Positions 23,987 through 44,809 of a stretch of DNA of 64,000 bases are shown here, piece after piece (the first letter of the stretch is position 1; the number at the start of each line of letters is the position of its first letter). Under the pieces are notes generated by a model. That model had not been told where the DNA came from. It saw nothing but the letters and a program-made list of their open reading frames with translations, and did no database searches. Position numbers and translations under genes: made by a program. Source of the stretch: Bugula neritina (taxonomy: Eukaryota > Animalia > Bryozoa); assembly GCA_964035545.1 (NCBI GenBank), contig OZ037765.1:16802995-16866994 (forward strand). Reading direction: 5' to 3'.

Positions 23987-26857
23987 CTATTCTAACAGAT
24001 AAAGCCTCAACTTCCTCCCAAATTCATTAGGGTTGCTAATTGACCGTAAAGGGATTGGCAGTTCATTCCATAGTGCCACCTCCTGATAACAGTTTCTTCT
24101 GTGACCTGCTGCTGTTTGAGAGTGAGGAAGGGGGAGATTTATGAATGATTGACGTGTATTGATAGAGTGAGTGGGAAAAAAATTGTCAGAGTAGAAAAAA
24201 GAATGAGCTTTCTTTAACACTTTAAAACGGTAAATCTGGTATATTGAGAGAACTTTATGCTTAGTAAATAGAGGCGCTGATGGATGGTCAAACGGTTTTT
24301 TGTTCATGATACGCATTACCTTTTTTTGAAAAATAAAAATCTTGTTTAGATGGGTATTAGCTGCATTTCCCCAGGCCTCTGCACAATAATTTAACTTGGA
24401 ATTGATGAAAGAATTATATATCAAAAGTAAAATTTTTTGAGGGAGATATTCAGAACATCGGTATATTAATCCACTAAGTGGTCGTAATTTTGTAAGTAGG
24501 TTTGAGATGTGCAAGCTCCAATTTAAATTTTTATCTATTTGTACACCTAGAAAAGTTATGCTGTTAGAGTAATTTATAGGTCTTTTATTTAATAATATAC
24601 AGTTTTCTAGAATTTGAAAAGGATTTTGGTAGTTTTTTAAAACAATATAGTTGCATTTTTCATAGTTTATAGTGAGTTTGTTTTTATTGCACCAAATTGA
24701 CAGAGAGTTTAGATCTTGATTTATAGCTTCCAAATGGGAGTTCAAATCTTTTGATTCAAAAAATAAATTAGTGTCGTCGGCATAGAAAATGGGATTAAAA
24801 AGTTTAAATTGTTGAGCAAGATCGTTTATATATATCAAAAATAAGGTAGGGCCCAAGACAGATCCCTGGGGAACCCCACAGGTCACTGATCGTGAACTTG
24901 ATAAGGTTGCATTTACTAGTGTGGAATGACTTCGGTTTGATAGGTAGTTAGCAACCCATGACACTGTGGATTCACTAAAACCAAGTTTTCTCATTTTTGC
25001 AAGTAAAATATTGTGATTTATAGTGTCAAAAGCCTTACTAAAATCTATAAAAATTCCGAGAACGCAATTTCCATTGTTAAAAGCTTCGAGCGTATTATTT
25101 TTAAATTTAACAACAGCATCTGCAGTACTTAAATTTTTTCGAAAGCCATATTGATTCTTAGAAATCAAATTTTTAGATTCTAAAAAGTTTAAAATTTGAT
25201 TGTTAACAATTTTTTCAAGTATTTTACTAAAAATGGGGAGGATTGAAATAGGGCGGTAGTTTTCACATCTGTCATGAGAACCTTTTTTGTAGAATGGTAA
25301 TATTTTAGCAGTTTTAATTTGCGCTGGAACAATTTTTTCTTCTATGCTTTTGTTAAATAAATAGGCAAGTGGTGTAGATAGTGAAATTTTGCAAAATTTG
25401 ATAAGTTTAGTCGGGATATTGTCTAAACCTATAGCTTTCTTGGAATCTAGTTTTTCAATGATCTCAATTATTTGAGATTCATCAGTTTTTTTTAAATGAA
25501 ATTCTTCTTTAGTAATATTTGTCAGCATTGAGTAGGTATCGGAGTTCGAATTTGTAAAATTTGAAGCTAGTTTTTGGGCTATTGTTGAAAAATACAGATT
25601 GAAATTGTTAGCTATATCCATATTGCTATCTAGCATGGTTTCAGAGTCCTCAACCGAATACAGTTTTGATGAAAAGCATCTTTTGTTTAGTTTGGCTTTC
25701 CCTGTTTGTTCATTTATAAGTACCCAAAGCTGCGAACTGTTACAATTGCTAATAAAAGCTTTAAAATAATCATATTTAGCGGTTCTCAGATCAGCATTCA
25801 AATTATTTCTAAAAGCATTATATCTTTTTAAAATCTTTTTATTCAGGGGTGCTTTTTTCACTCGTTTGTGAAGTGCATATTTCTTTTTGATTTGAGTTAA
25901 AAGATGTTCAGTAATCCATGGTTTTTGTGCAAACTTTTTAGAAGGCCTATTGTTTTCAATAGTCTGTGAACAACTTTCAATGAGAAATTTTAGTCTAGTA
26001 ATAAATATATCATAGTTTACTTCACAATTTTGTGAGTCATCAAAGAGCTTCAACCAGCAAAATGAGTTTATCTTGGAAACTAGTTTGGAATAATTAATAG
26101 TTCTATACATATCATCTGAGACAATATTAGTTCTATTTGAACAATTCAGTTGAAACGTCACAAAAGTGGGTAGGTGGTCACTCAAATCTGACTCAATGGT
26201 TCCAGATTTACCGTTTATGCAAGAGAAGTTTAGAAGGATATGATCTAAACAGCTAGCTCGTGACGATGAGATTCTAGTTGGGAGAGTGATAGCATTGTAA
26301 AAGGCATAGGTAGAAATAGTGGTGGAATAAGTGTCACTTACATTCATGTCAAGGGTATCTATATTGATGTCACCTACTACAATATGGGGAGAAGAATCAT
26401 GGGAAATATAAGCCTCCAGGTCACTAAGAAACGCATCAGTGGAGGAAGCACCGGGCTGCCTGTATATAATTGTGAGTCTGAAATGGGAAGACTTTGAGGC
26501 CTGACTGTGTAGAACAAGTGAGAGGACGTCTGCTCCAGACAGCGAAACAGCCTTCGTGTCGGCCCCCAGGCCACACCGCACATAGGCCCCAACACCACCT
26601 CCTCTACCCAGTCTCTGACTACCTACAAAATCATAACCTTCAAGTTTAAAAAATTGAATTTCATCATCATTTAGCCAAGTTTCAGTTAAACAAATTACAT
26701 CAAAGGGGTTAGAAAAAGTGTTCAAAAAATATTCAAAATGTGAAAATTTATTTCTAATGCTTTGAATATTAAAGTTAAGAAGAGAGAAAGTTGAATTATT
26801 TACTTCTAGTTTGTTAAAAGAAAAGATGTCGTATGCTGTGCAGTTAATTTCATGCAT
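23987..26857 (-). CDS. LINE ORF2: APE endonuclease + reverse transcriptase (956 aa, uninterrupted)
   Basis: EN motifs NIQS, LTETWL, GDINID, CLDHI, SDH; RT motifs NYRPISIL, QYGFR, DFSKAFDTINH, GVPQGSVLGP, YADD, FLGV. Confidence 0.96.
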   Translation of the reverse strand: MHEINCTAYDIFSFNKLEVNNSTFSLLNFNIQSIRNKFSHFEYFLNTFSNPFDVICLTETWLNDDEIQFFKLEGYDFVGSQRLGRGGGVGAYVRCGLGADTKAVSLSGADVLSLVLHSQASKSSHFRLTIIYRQPGASSTDAFLSDLEAYISHDSSPHIVVGDINIDTLDMNVSDTYSTTISTYAFYNAITLPTRISSSRASCLDHILLNFSCINGKSGTIESDLSDHLPTFVTFQLNCSNRTNIVSDDMYRTINYSKLVSKINSFCWLKLFDDSQNCEVNYDIFITRLKFLIESCSQTIENNRPSKKFAQKPWITEHLLTQIKKKYALHKRVKKAPLNKKILKRYNAFRNNLNADLRTAKYDYFKAFISNCNSSQLWVLINEQTGKAKLNKRCFSSKLYSVEDSETMLDSNMDIANNFNLYFSTIAQKLASNFTNSNSDTYSMLTNITKEEFHLKKTDESQIIEIIEKLDSKKAIGLDNIPTKLIKFCKISLSTPLAYLFNKSIEEKIVPAQIKTAKILPFYKKGSHDRCENYRPISILPIFSKILEKIVNNQILNFLESKNLISKNQYGFRKNLSTADAVVKFKNNTLEAFNNGNCVLGIFIDFSKAFDTINHNILLAKMRKLGFSESTVSWVANYLSNRSHSTLVNATLSSSRSVTCGVPQGSVLGPTLFLIYINDLAQQFKLFNPIFYADDTNLFFESKDLNSHLEAINQDLNSLSIWCNKNKLTINYEKCNYIVLKNYQNPFQILENCILLNKRPINYSNSITFLGVQIDKNLNWSLHISNLLTKLRPLSGLIYRCSEYLPQKILLLIYNSFINSKLNYCAEAWGNAANTHLNKIFIFQKKVMRIMNKKPFDHPSAPLFTKHKVLSIYQIYRFKVLKKAHSFFYSDNFFPTHSINTRQSFINLPLPHSQTAAGHRRNCYQEVALWNELPIPLRSISNPNEFGRKLRLYLLE

Positions 26858-26907
26858 TTTGCAAAAGATAACTTAGCAGTTTAAGTTAAATACAACAGTG
26901 AGGTACA

Positions 26908-27330
26908 CTAAACACATTTCAGGTTCTCGAGATCATTTACATCATTTATTTGGATAGCCTCCGAGTCAGGTGTTCTGCGCAAGTAAATTCGTTGGGCAAA
27001 TGTCCAAACATACTTATAGTTGTTTGATTTTTTGAAGTTTCTGGTTTTCCAAAAAAGGTCCCTTTGCTTACTACTGAGAACCTCGTTAATAAATATTTTG
27101 GAATCTGTTTGAAAACCTAATTGTTTTGTTGACATAATACTTTTACGATAAGTGTGGAAGAATGTATCTCTTTTATTGGTGTGAACAAACTTAACCACGA
27201 TGCGCTTGGTTTGTCGAATTCTATAGATTTTATCAATGTCTTGTGTAGTTGATATTGAGGTCATTTTTAGATTTTTGATGATTCTATCAAAACCAGTCAT
27301 TAGGTCTTCATCTTTGTTGTATTCAACTTT
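26908..27330 (-). CDS. LINE ORF1 C-terminal part (FP25K/L1-ORF1-like C-terminal domain), 5' truncated
   Basis: IVVKF...RD.F...KIFINEVLS..QRDLF..TR..KK...YKYVW pattern typical of CR1-group ORF1; frame extends upstream (VEYNKDEDL) to ~27330, then similarity is lost. Confidence 0.75.
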   Translation of the reverse strand, partial: KVEYNKDEDLMTGFDRIIKNLKMTSISTTQDIDKIYRIRQTKRIVVKFVHTNKRDTFFHTYRKSIMSTKQLGFQTDSKIFINEVLSSKQRDLFWKTRNFKKSNNYKYVWTFAQRIYLRRTPDSEAIQINDVNDLENLKCV

Positions 27331-29867
27331 GTCAGCATCTGACTACCATTTCATTTACATAAACATATCTATGCATTTATGAGAGTTTTCCTTTTTAGTG
27401 TAATATAATTAAATAATTACTCCTGCAAAAAATATGGTTGAATTCAACCTCAATTTGTAATAGAAGCCATTTCCACAAAGTTTTAATAGCACTTGTCCTT
27501 TTACATTATCAGATTGAAGATGGTATTTTTTCAGTAATTAAACTGCTTTTAGAAGATACACAGCAAAATATAATTTTAGTTTTCTGGCTGGAATGTAAAT
27601 TGGATTTGGCTAATAAAATTATATAAAAAGAAAATATAGTTTGCTCTTTTTGATCGACTTAAAAGAACTTGGTGAAATATTTTTCAATGTTCTGAATCAA
27701 CACTAAAATAAGTAAATACAGCAACTATAACTGTCAAAGTGCAAGCTTTTAAATATATGAATTTGGCATGTTTCTTTTTTTTCAATTTTAGAGACTACAT
27801 AAACTTGTAATGTTAGTGCCTCTTTTTTAAATTAAGAATACAGCATAAGTTTAAGTTGGCACTTATCAATTGGCATCAATAATATAACAGTGGCTTTTTG
27901 CAACTACCAATACCCAATGCTTATATTCTAATCACTCATGTTGTGTGCTATATATCAACTTTTATGAGATAAAACAGATTAAAGATATAGTTCCTATTAC
28001 AATACATTGTCTTTAAAGAAGTAATATATAAAATGTATTTAAATGTGACTTTGCTTTCACTATTTCAAGTTGCAAAACTAATTTTGCTATAAGCATAAAG
28101 TAAAAACAAAAATTAGTCCTAACCATTGTTTAGTATATGCTCTTCCACTTGTGTTAGAAAACATCAAACCCATTTCTCAGCTAATTTTTCCTATATATTC
28201 TATCCACCTCGATTATTTCATACTGACTATGCTATGTGCATTGGCCACCGTGTGTTTTTAAGTAATAGGCCAATTTCTTATTACTAACATACAAGTATCT
28301 GCACTCTGCAGAATATCTGCCAGGTTAAATCTGAAGGTCATGTGGTAATACAGCAAAACTCTAGCCCAACCTGTAGAAATAGAAAACTGATTAAGCCACT
28401 ATAAGGCACGAACAAAGAAAAGACGTGATTATCTCCAACTTTTGGGTGTTGTTCTACTACATTTAAGACTAGTAGCTGCCTTAAATGTACCAATTATGTT
28501 AATTAATGGTGAATGCATTGGAAAGGAAACTAAAACCCACCACCTCCTACAGGCGAAAAATGGCTACATGTTTTCAGTTCAGCAGTAAATTATTTCTGGT
28601 TATTTAAAACGCTATTTAGGTTAGCTATTGCAAGGTGAATAAATGCTACAAAATCTGTTTCAACAGACAATTAAATAATCATAGGCGGAGATGCATGTAG
28701 AGAATGTAAAGATACTAATCCTACTTGAAGCTAATCATTCATCTTCTATTTGTTATACCAAGGAGTTGATTTTACCATATTTTATATTGACAGCCTCCTG
28801 TATATAGCCTCCTGTGAGCCTCAGCTACAATATATGGCCGTCATACGTAGATGGTCAGCTAGCTGGTATAACGCTAGACATATTGGTTAAACCCAACTTA
28901 GCAAACTAAGCTTTCCAGATTCAAAAAAAGTTTTGGGAATTCCTCCAACAACTTGTGAATTTTATAACAAAATAAATATATGATTTAAATCACAAAATTG
29001 AATTAGCTCTTTTTAAAATCATAGGCTTACCTATCAAATGGCAGACACATCAGTTGTAAGGAAACTTTTGCTGCTGGTGAAGTTTTCCATACTAATTATG
29101 TTTCTAAAACTTTATTTCTGTAGTATGTAATGTCTGTATTGAAAAGTTCCTATTTTATTTTCTTGAAGCTAGTCAGGGTGCTTATTATGCTTACGGATTT
29201 ACATTAATAAATTCACAACCAGTTTCACCCTTATTAAAAAAATTATTGGTTGTAACTTCTCACGGCAAGATACACCTTTGCCAACCACTGGCAAGTTTGC
29301 CATCAGAGTAATGACTATATGGAACAATATTATGCTGCCATCAAAAAGTTGAGGCTAAAATATTTTATTTCTGTTTAAAAATGGGTTTGGAAATAACAGC
29401 CAATTGAGTTGAAACTTGCAACAAGAGAATTATAATGTCTAGAATATAATTATAGAGAATATCAACTTCACAACTTGGGATCTAATTTTAAATTAAATAT
29501 GGTTATATTTCAGGTATGCAATAAAATATTGAGAGAAAAGTAAAACGGTATGATGGCATGGTATAATTGTTATATAGATATTTCTATTATCTTATCGCAG
29601 TTCAGAAAAGTTGTTGAGCTCAACAAGTTAGTGTTTATTACCATTGTTAGAGTATATCAATAAAATAAGTATAACAGCAAAAGCTGAAACACTATTAGTG
29701 CTGTTCATAAAATGCTATTAGAGCCATACTCTTCTAGACCAGCACCGGTTGCATTAACAGCAACTCCAATATCTTGTAACTATTTGGAAGACACGGAATT
29801 TCAAGGCAAATTCTTTCAATAAATTACAATAGTGTTCAAAATTTCTCAGCTAATCATATACAATGTG

Positions 29868-37717
<7,850 letters not shown>

Positions 37718-38278
37718 TAACGCACCTGGAAATGCACACACTAATCATTAAAGATATATGTAACTAAAGTTGTATGAAGTTATTTTCTCATTCTATATAA
37801 CGTACACGGATTGATTATAGGAAACACTTTTTTAAGTAGTTCTTTAAAATAAGTAATTAGCATTTAGCAGTTTTTCTTTTTTCATGCATTATATTTCTTT
37901 TAACTTATTGTATATATTAAGTATTACAGTTTTTGGTTTAATGGTTCCATAAATCTAAAAATTCACATGTCTTGGATATAATTTTTAAAACATATAAATA
38001 TTTGCAGGTGATGAAGAACTTGTAATAAGTAAGGGTTTAGAAAGATTTTTAAATTATTTCCTGTTCAACAGTTGAAAATGCTGCATCAATACAATCTTTA
38101 AAACCTAGCTTTATATATTGTATTTATTTTCTATTAATGCTCACTGATGTTTTAGATTAATTTTACTGAGTGAAAAAAGGGGTGCAATACTAACACCCCC
38201 ATGCTCCTAAATAACCCATGTCTTGTGTAACTAGTAAATAGAACAGCCATAAAAACTAAAATGCTGAGCAGTTCATAA

Positions 38279-38380
38279 AACTGAAAAATTCAGAATATAC
38301 TTTCCTGAAAGAGTTAAAAAAGCACATCAAGGTTTTCTTAGGGCCGTCTATTAGGAATGTATATTCTGAATTTTTCAGTT
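38279..38380. repeat. 28-bp inverted repeat (27/28 match) with ~46-nt spacer
   Basis: AACTGAAAAATTCAGAATATACTTTCCT (38279-38306) vs AGGAATGTATATTCTGAATTTTTCAGTT (38353-38380). Confidence 0.85.
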
Positions 38381-40820
38381 GTCTGTAGTAATTTGTGTTT
38401 CAGAGGCTTTTAGCATTAGTCAAGTAGTCAAATTCTTCATTCTTTACACTTTATAGCCACTTGTTTTAGGTTTTTAAACATCGAAAAAGTGTTTTTCATA
38501 AAAACTCTTAGCAAATGTAAAAAATTTTGCAGTAACAATAAGAAGCAAAAAATGACCAATAGAAATACTTCTGCAGTGTGAAAAGAAAATAACGTTTTAA
38601 TGAAATAAATTTGTAATTCAAAAATCAACTATTTAAAACTGTAAAAAAAGTTTTAAATTCAGTCTATGTTATTTACTTGCTATGTGTACTAAGATATTAG
38701 TAAAACAGTAAACATAAACAAAAATTCTAACAACCCAATTCCACTGGATTTTATTATCTTTCATTCCAACACCTAGCTACTAGCAAAAAGTGGTCTTTAC
38801 TTTTATTATCCAGATAAGTAATGATTGAATTTTTCAACAGTAATAATAATACTTTATACTAACCAGAGCTTCAATCAATAGTTTGTAGGTCATAATAATT
38901 TAGTACTACATTGTCAATCTTGTTCAACAGTGTATAGGTTATTTTAAAAGCAACAATGCAAAGAATGTTCAATAATGATTTTGAAACAATAGAGCAGCTT
39001 TTAGTGTATCTTTTGTAAGTAGTAGAAGCCAAACCCTAAAACCAATACTGAAATAATATAATATACTGAAGATATAAAGAAAAAAAAATTAGCAAATGTT
39101 ATATTTAGTTATATTCCCAAAAAACCTTTGGAATATGCAAACAATGCAAGAGCTGTGGGCACTATAAGTGGTCACGTTACTATTACATGACAGCATAAGA
39201 TAGTCTGACTAATGTCACAGCTATAGGTACATATCAGTTCACAGTTTTACATTATGGTAGCTTTTAACTAATAAACAAACAATTAAACAGCATTAATAGT
39301 GCATTGCATTTAAGATCATTTTCTATTGCCTTACACATGTACCAATTATCTTAATAATTCACACTATAATTCCCACAATTCCCTATAATTTCAACAATGT
39401 AAGTGTCTTTAGTCTAATCTGTTAATTCCCTTGCAGAAAGAAAAAGTATTTATCAATTTTTTTTTAAAAATAATCTTTTCATAAAAATTACTGTCGGTTA
39501 ATGTCAAACTGAGAAAATCAGTGACAAAGAAAAAATTTTGAGCATAAAGATCAAAATAATAAATGAATACACAGAAAATATAAGAATCAGCATTTTGAAT
39601 TTGTTTGTAAACAAATACCCTGTTAGTTATGAATGACAAAAATGCGTTGACTCCACAATGACAATAGTCAACACAGTAAACTTGAATTCTCTACTAAAAT
39701 TTATTTTTCTACATAATCAAACAATCTGTGCAAGCAAACCTCTCACAAATCGCATTGTTTAGTTGAGTATAGCGAATGCACTCTTTAGTCATGGCTTTTA
39801 GTATAGTGTCTACTGTTATCTAGCTTGCTACTATATGTTGCATGGTGCAACTTTAGCAAAACTGGGGTTTTCAAAAAATAGTGGTATCATGAAATACCAG
39901 AAAAAAACCTAGTTTATAGAATATATTTTTAGGCTAGATGTAAGTTCGACTCTTGCCAAGGTACAAATCTAGCAGAGAAATACATTTTAATGACATTTTA
40001 CTGTATTTAACAACTCATTAAAATTTATTCAGCATCTAATGTAGTAAAAAAACATAAAATAACCAGTCAACTTAAATTTTTCTACTTTCTCTATGGATAC
40101 AAAATCTACAATGTATTAGGTTTGGTAAAGGTGTGTAAAAGTAGTAAAGGTGTTGGATGAATGGATGGATAGTCACAGTGACTATTGAAAATCATAAAAC
40201 ATTATTTTTCTTTCAGAAAACTCAGTTATATTCTACTTTGACTAACCTGTATTTGGCCACAACTACACAGATGAATATCACTGGTTACTAAGCCAGCAAT
40301 TAGGGGTTTGCAACCATACTACTTAAAAACTCAGCTTGAAGACACCGGTTTGTTGCTACTGTCACCAATTCTTAGGCCACACAGGTCTGTAGCTACAGAT
40401 AAAAAATAATAAGCTGAGATAATGTCTGTATAATATACACTTTACCTCACTGACTGCATGCTATTATCAAATTATCCAAAGATAAATAAACCATACAGAT
40501 AACAATAAGTCAGTCTCCAAAAATTACTGATTGTAAAATTTCCTGGAGTTTGTTTGTTGGAAATGAGCTGTTCTATCTATTTGGCAGGGTTATTCAAGCA
40601 CCAAAAGATGGCTGAAGAATGTAAAAAACAAACTTACAAAGAAAACTTGTTTCTATAGCATACAGCAGGAGTTCCTAAATATAATTTTATCATTAACAAA
40701 TATGCTGACTTAAATTCTTATTATTTAGCTTAATATTAAAGATATGTAATGTTTCTAGTTCTTTATAGTTGCAGCACTGCAGTAACTAAAAGATTTCACC
40801 AGCACAAACATTCAACTTAC

Positions 40821-40899
40821 ATTTCCTTAGGAAAAAAAAGCTTTTGATTTAGGCAACACAATGCTTCAACTCGATGGCACCAATCAACAATACTTTTAC
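40821..40899 (-). other. Candidate 5' UTR exon of the Src gene
   Basis: Minus-strand acceptor CTTCTGTTTTTACAG and donor AAAT|GTAAGT. Confidence 0.4.
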
Positions 40900-42989
40900 C
40901 TGTAAAAACAGAAGTAAAATGAATGATATTCAACAAATTAATTTGAATATATAAGTTAGCAATTGAGGTTTTAAAATGTTCCTCAATTATTACTTGTAAA
41001 ATATGGTGAAAAAATTCAAGAAGTATCTATAAAAGGTGTTGGCTCAAGCTACCAAACAAAGTCAATAAATGGGACTGATGTATGCAGGGCTAGCAGGAAG
41101 TTGAGCAAGTTAATTAATAGCAGAATGAATTGCCCCACCTAATCTATTCCCATTGTAAAGTTCTGTGATTTGCACGTAAATTAGTATTATTTATATTGTA
41201 AATAGCACTATACACAAATATTATAAAGTAAGTTTAGGGTTTGTAAAAAATTAAACTGGAACATAGTGAGATAGGAAATCATCATCATGAAAGGTTGACA
41301 CTTTCAATCATTTTAATCTGAAAAGATATATTAGGCGAAACTAAATGAAGAATTTAACTGAATTTTGAATCAAGCAAAGCTTAATATTCAGACAGAAAGC
41401 AGGTGACAAACTTAAAAAACATGTGAATTATAAATTATTACTGGGTACTCTTTAAAAGAACTTGTATGTGGTATAGATGTAAATTGCATATTCCCTGGCT
41501 TATTCTATTGTAATAAAGTGAGCCATCGTTTTATCATGTTGTTGCATGTACTTGGTCCCAAAGGGAGACAAAGTTCTACTGACACACCTTGAGAATAAAT
41601 TGTATATCTACACTGAAGAGGCAGCCATATTACATGATGAGATCAACAAATCATGACACTTGATATTGTGTCTGCAATACACTTATTACTTTAATGTAAA
41701 AAAATAAGAAAAATATTCATACAATAAATTTACATCAAGACCTAACAGGCAAGACCTCAAAAAAAGAACCACTCTTTCAATCGTTACGCAATAGGGTGTG
41801 AACAACTGGAATTATGCTGTATTTACAATTTGAAATATCTAAATAAACAATAGCATATAGTAGTTGCTCAAGAAAAAAAACAAACATATTTTTAAAAACA
41901 ACTTCAAAGCTACAGAAGTAGTTAAAAAAAATTTACATAATGATAAACATATTATTATCATTATAATTACAATTAAATTCAATGAATTATGATTATCAAT
42001 ATCATAATTATTATTGTTATGGTTATTATATCAGTATGAACCTGTATTAGTATACTTATAGTATAATAATACCAATAGCAATACTGCTAGCAACTAGTGA
42101 ATATCAAAATGAATATGATAATCATAAATTAATGATAAATAATAATCATAATCATAATGGTTACCTTGGCATTCTGTTTTATGGTGATTAATGATGACAA
42201 TCATTGTGATTATCATTAGACAATAAAAACATTATCATTATGATAAAGTGATGATGATATATAGAGTATCAGTATGACTACGAGTATTACTGTTGAAAGT
42301 GTTATACTAATTTTAGTTAGTAGCTGTAAGTAATATAAATAGTAATGCTAATTGTAATAGTAAAAGTAACACTTAGCTTTATGATAATTTCAAATTGGTT
42401 ATCAGATAAATTTTGGCATTAAAATTGATGTTAATGAAATTAAATGTAATAATATAATTGATAATAATATTATTATAATCAAAATTATAATAATTAGCAT
42501 GACGACAATTTGAATTTTTGAAAATTAAATTACAGTATATTGTAAGTATAATTATTTATTGTTAATTTTTTAATCACTTAGTTAAAGTTAATGCTTAAAC
42601 TTAAAGTTAATCATAACCTTAATTTAAATCATAATATTAATCGAGAAATTAAAAAGGTAATTCACTAATTAGCTTATAATTATTCTAATCATAATGACAA
42701 CCATCAACCTCATGATATTGATAATCATAAAATTAAATTGATAATCAGATTTATAATCAATAATCATAATGATAATGATGATACATTTTGATTTAAATTT
42801 TACAATTTAATTTTAAAGTGATTTGAAACTCAAGCTTTTTAAGAAATGATTGGAATTTAGTATCTACTATTCACTCATTTAGGATAAGTAACACTATAGC
42901 TTATCAGCTTATTTATTAAATAGTAGCATATACATATTATATATATTTATTATTGGTATAAGTATTCACTACTGAGTACTGAGTTAGAG

Positions 42990-43443
42990 TGCTCTTCAAG
43001 TTTCAATCGGGAAGTCTTTTAAAATGTCTAGTCACAAATAAAGTTAAAAGTTTTTCAAATAGACTTCTAGGAAGTTTTTACCGGTGCAATAGTTAAACTC
43101 GGACTATAAAGAGCTCTTTTGATCAGCAGACATTGGTTATGTGCGTTTTAGTGTTGAACCAATGATTTTCAGATCATTAGGACAATCTAAAACTAACATT
43201 GTACAGCAAAACACAACTCCATACAACTTCATGCAGTAATTGACAACAGAATTATGCAAACCCTTTGATATCTAGAGTTTAAAGCTATACAAATCATGAA
43301 GTTTGTCTTCGATTATTTTTGTAATCAATGGTAAAAGGGGAAATTCCCTTACCCCCCTCTTCATGATCGCAACATTGTGATAGCTGAACCCGTAGCTTGT
43401 CTTAGAGATAGATGGTTTTGGTAAAACCAAGTCCAAAACTTTT
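42990..43443. promoter_or_regulatory. Probable bidirectional promoter Src(-)/NF-kB(+) with a kB site; NF-kB non-coding first exon ends ~43443
   Basis: CpG-containing complex sequence between two low-complexity islands; GGGAAATTCCC at 43338-43348; donor TTT|GTGAGT at 43444. Confidence 0.55.
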
Positions 43444-44809
43444 GTGAGTTTGTTATAAATACATATATCTATAACTATATGATAATTCTTTATATATATA
43501 ATATATATATGTATATATATTTGATTTATATTTAAAGTATTATAGTACCTTAAATACTAATACTAATAGTAATACTAATAGTCATTGTTATTTTGTAGTT
43601 TTAAAAATTACATCCTCATCCTGTAATTTATTTTTATTTTTTTTATAAATACATTATCATTATGATTATGATTATGCATGTACTTGTAGTTGTACTTGTG
43701 TCCTGTAGCAGTTTAATACTTGTAGTTGCAGATTTTACACCTAGTCCCATGGCTATGAGTATGGGTATAACTATAAGTATAACTATAAGGCTAAGCCTGT
43801 AACGTTACTATAACTATTACTATTAGTATTACTGTAAGTGTAAGTATAACATTAACTTTAAGTTTAACTCTATAAGTATAACTATAAGTATAACTATAAG
43901 TTGTAAGATTAGCCTTAGCCTTAGGTATAACTCATTAACTGAATCTTTTTAAGTTTATATTCTTATTTATACTTATACTTATAGTTATTCATAATGATAA
44001 TGTTATGCATACAATTATATTAGATTTAGTTTAAGTTATATTTGAATTAAAATGATTAATAGCTTCGTTTCAACTAATAATAACTTATTAATGCTATTTA
44101 GTATTTATTATCATTAGGATTATCGCTCTGATAGTAATTATTGTTGTTGCACTTATTTATTTATTATAAATATAAATTTAACTATAAATAATGCTATAAC
44201 TATAAATATAATTATTACTCAAACTGAAGCTGTTGTAAAGCCACTAATTAAGCTTAGTCACCCTTGTATTTATAGTTATTATAATTATAATTTATAAATT
44301 ATTTTAAATTCAATTTTCGTTTGGTTATACTCATACCGATACTACTAGTACTAGTGCTACAATTGGTATTACAATAAAAATATCAATATTAAGTTAAATA
44401 CAACTAAGAAACTATCACATATCAGAATCAGTATGAGTGTCACTATTACTACGTTATTCATATTGTCTAATCAGTAATAACTAAGAGTAAGTGTAAATCT
44501 TCAACTAAGATTTAGGCTAGTTTAGAGTATCAATATGAATATCATTTTCATAGACTGGATAAAATTACATTGTTGACAATACTAATACTAATAATTATAA
44601 TTATCGTTTTGATTTATATTGCTAAATTATAAGATTAAATGTAAATTTATTATTATAATCATAGGTACTACATTTTATTTTTATGTATTTTGAATTTCGT
44701 TTACAATTCAAGATAAATATGTTTGTAGTCAACTAAAGGTAGTATTTACTAATTTTGAAACAATGAAATTATCAACTTCAATATGATTTTTGGGTTACTG
44801 TTGTTTTGT

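Larger units (their letters stand above)
23815..27330 (-). mobile_element. 5'-truncated non-LTR retrotransposon, CR1/L2 group (Crack/Daphne/Kiri-like)
   Basis: ORF1 remnant plus intact ORF2, a short 3' UTR with a GC-rich stem-loop (GGCCC..GCGC..GCGC..GGGCC, ~23897-23937), and an AATAAA + (AAAC)n tail at ~23815-23842; no TSD identified. Confidence 0.9.

Noticed and set aside
23790-27350. Target-site duplication around the LINE
   Set aside because: No matching direct repeat found at the two junctions.
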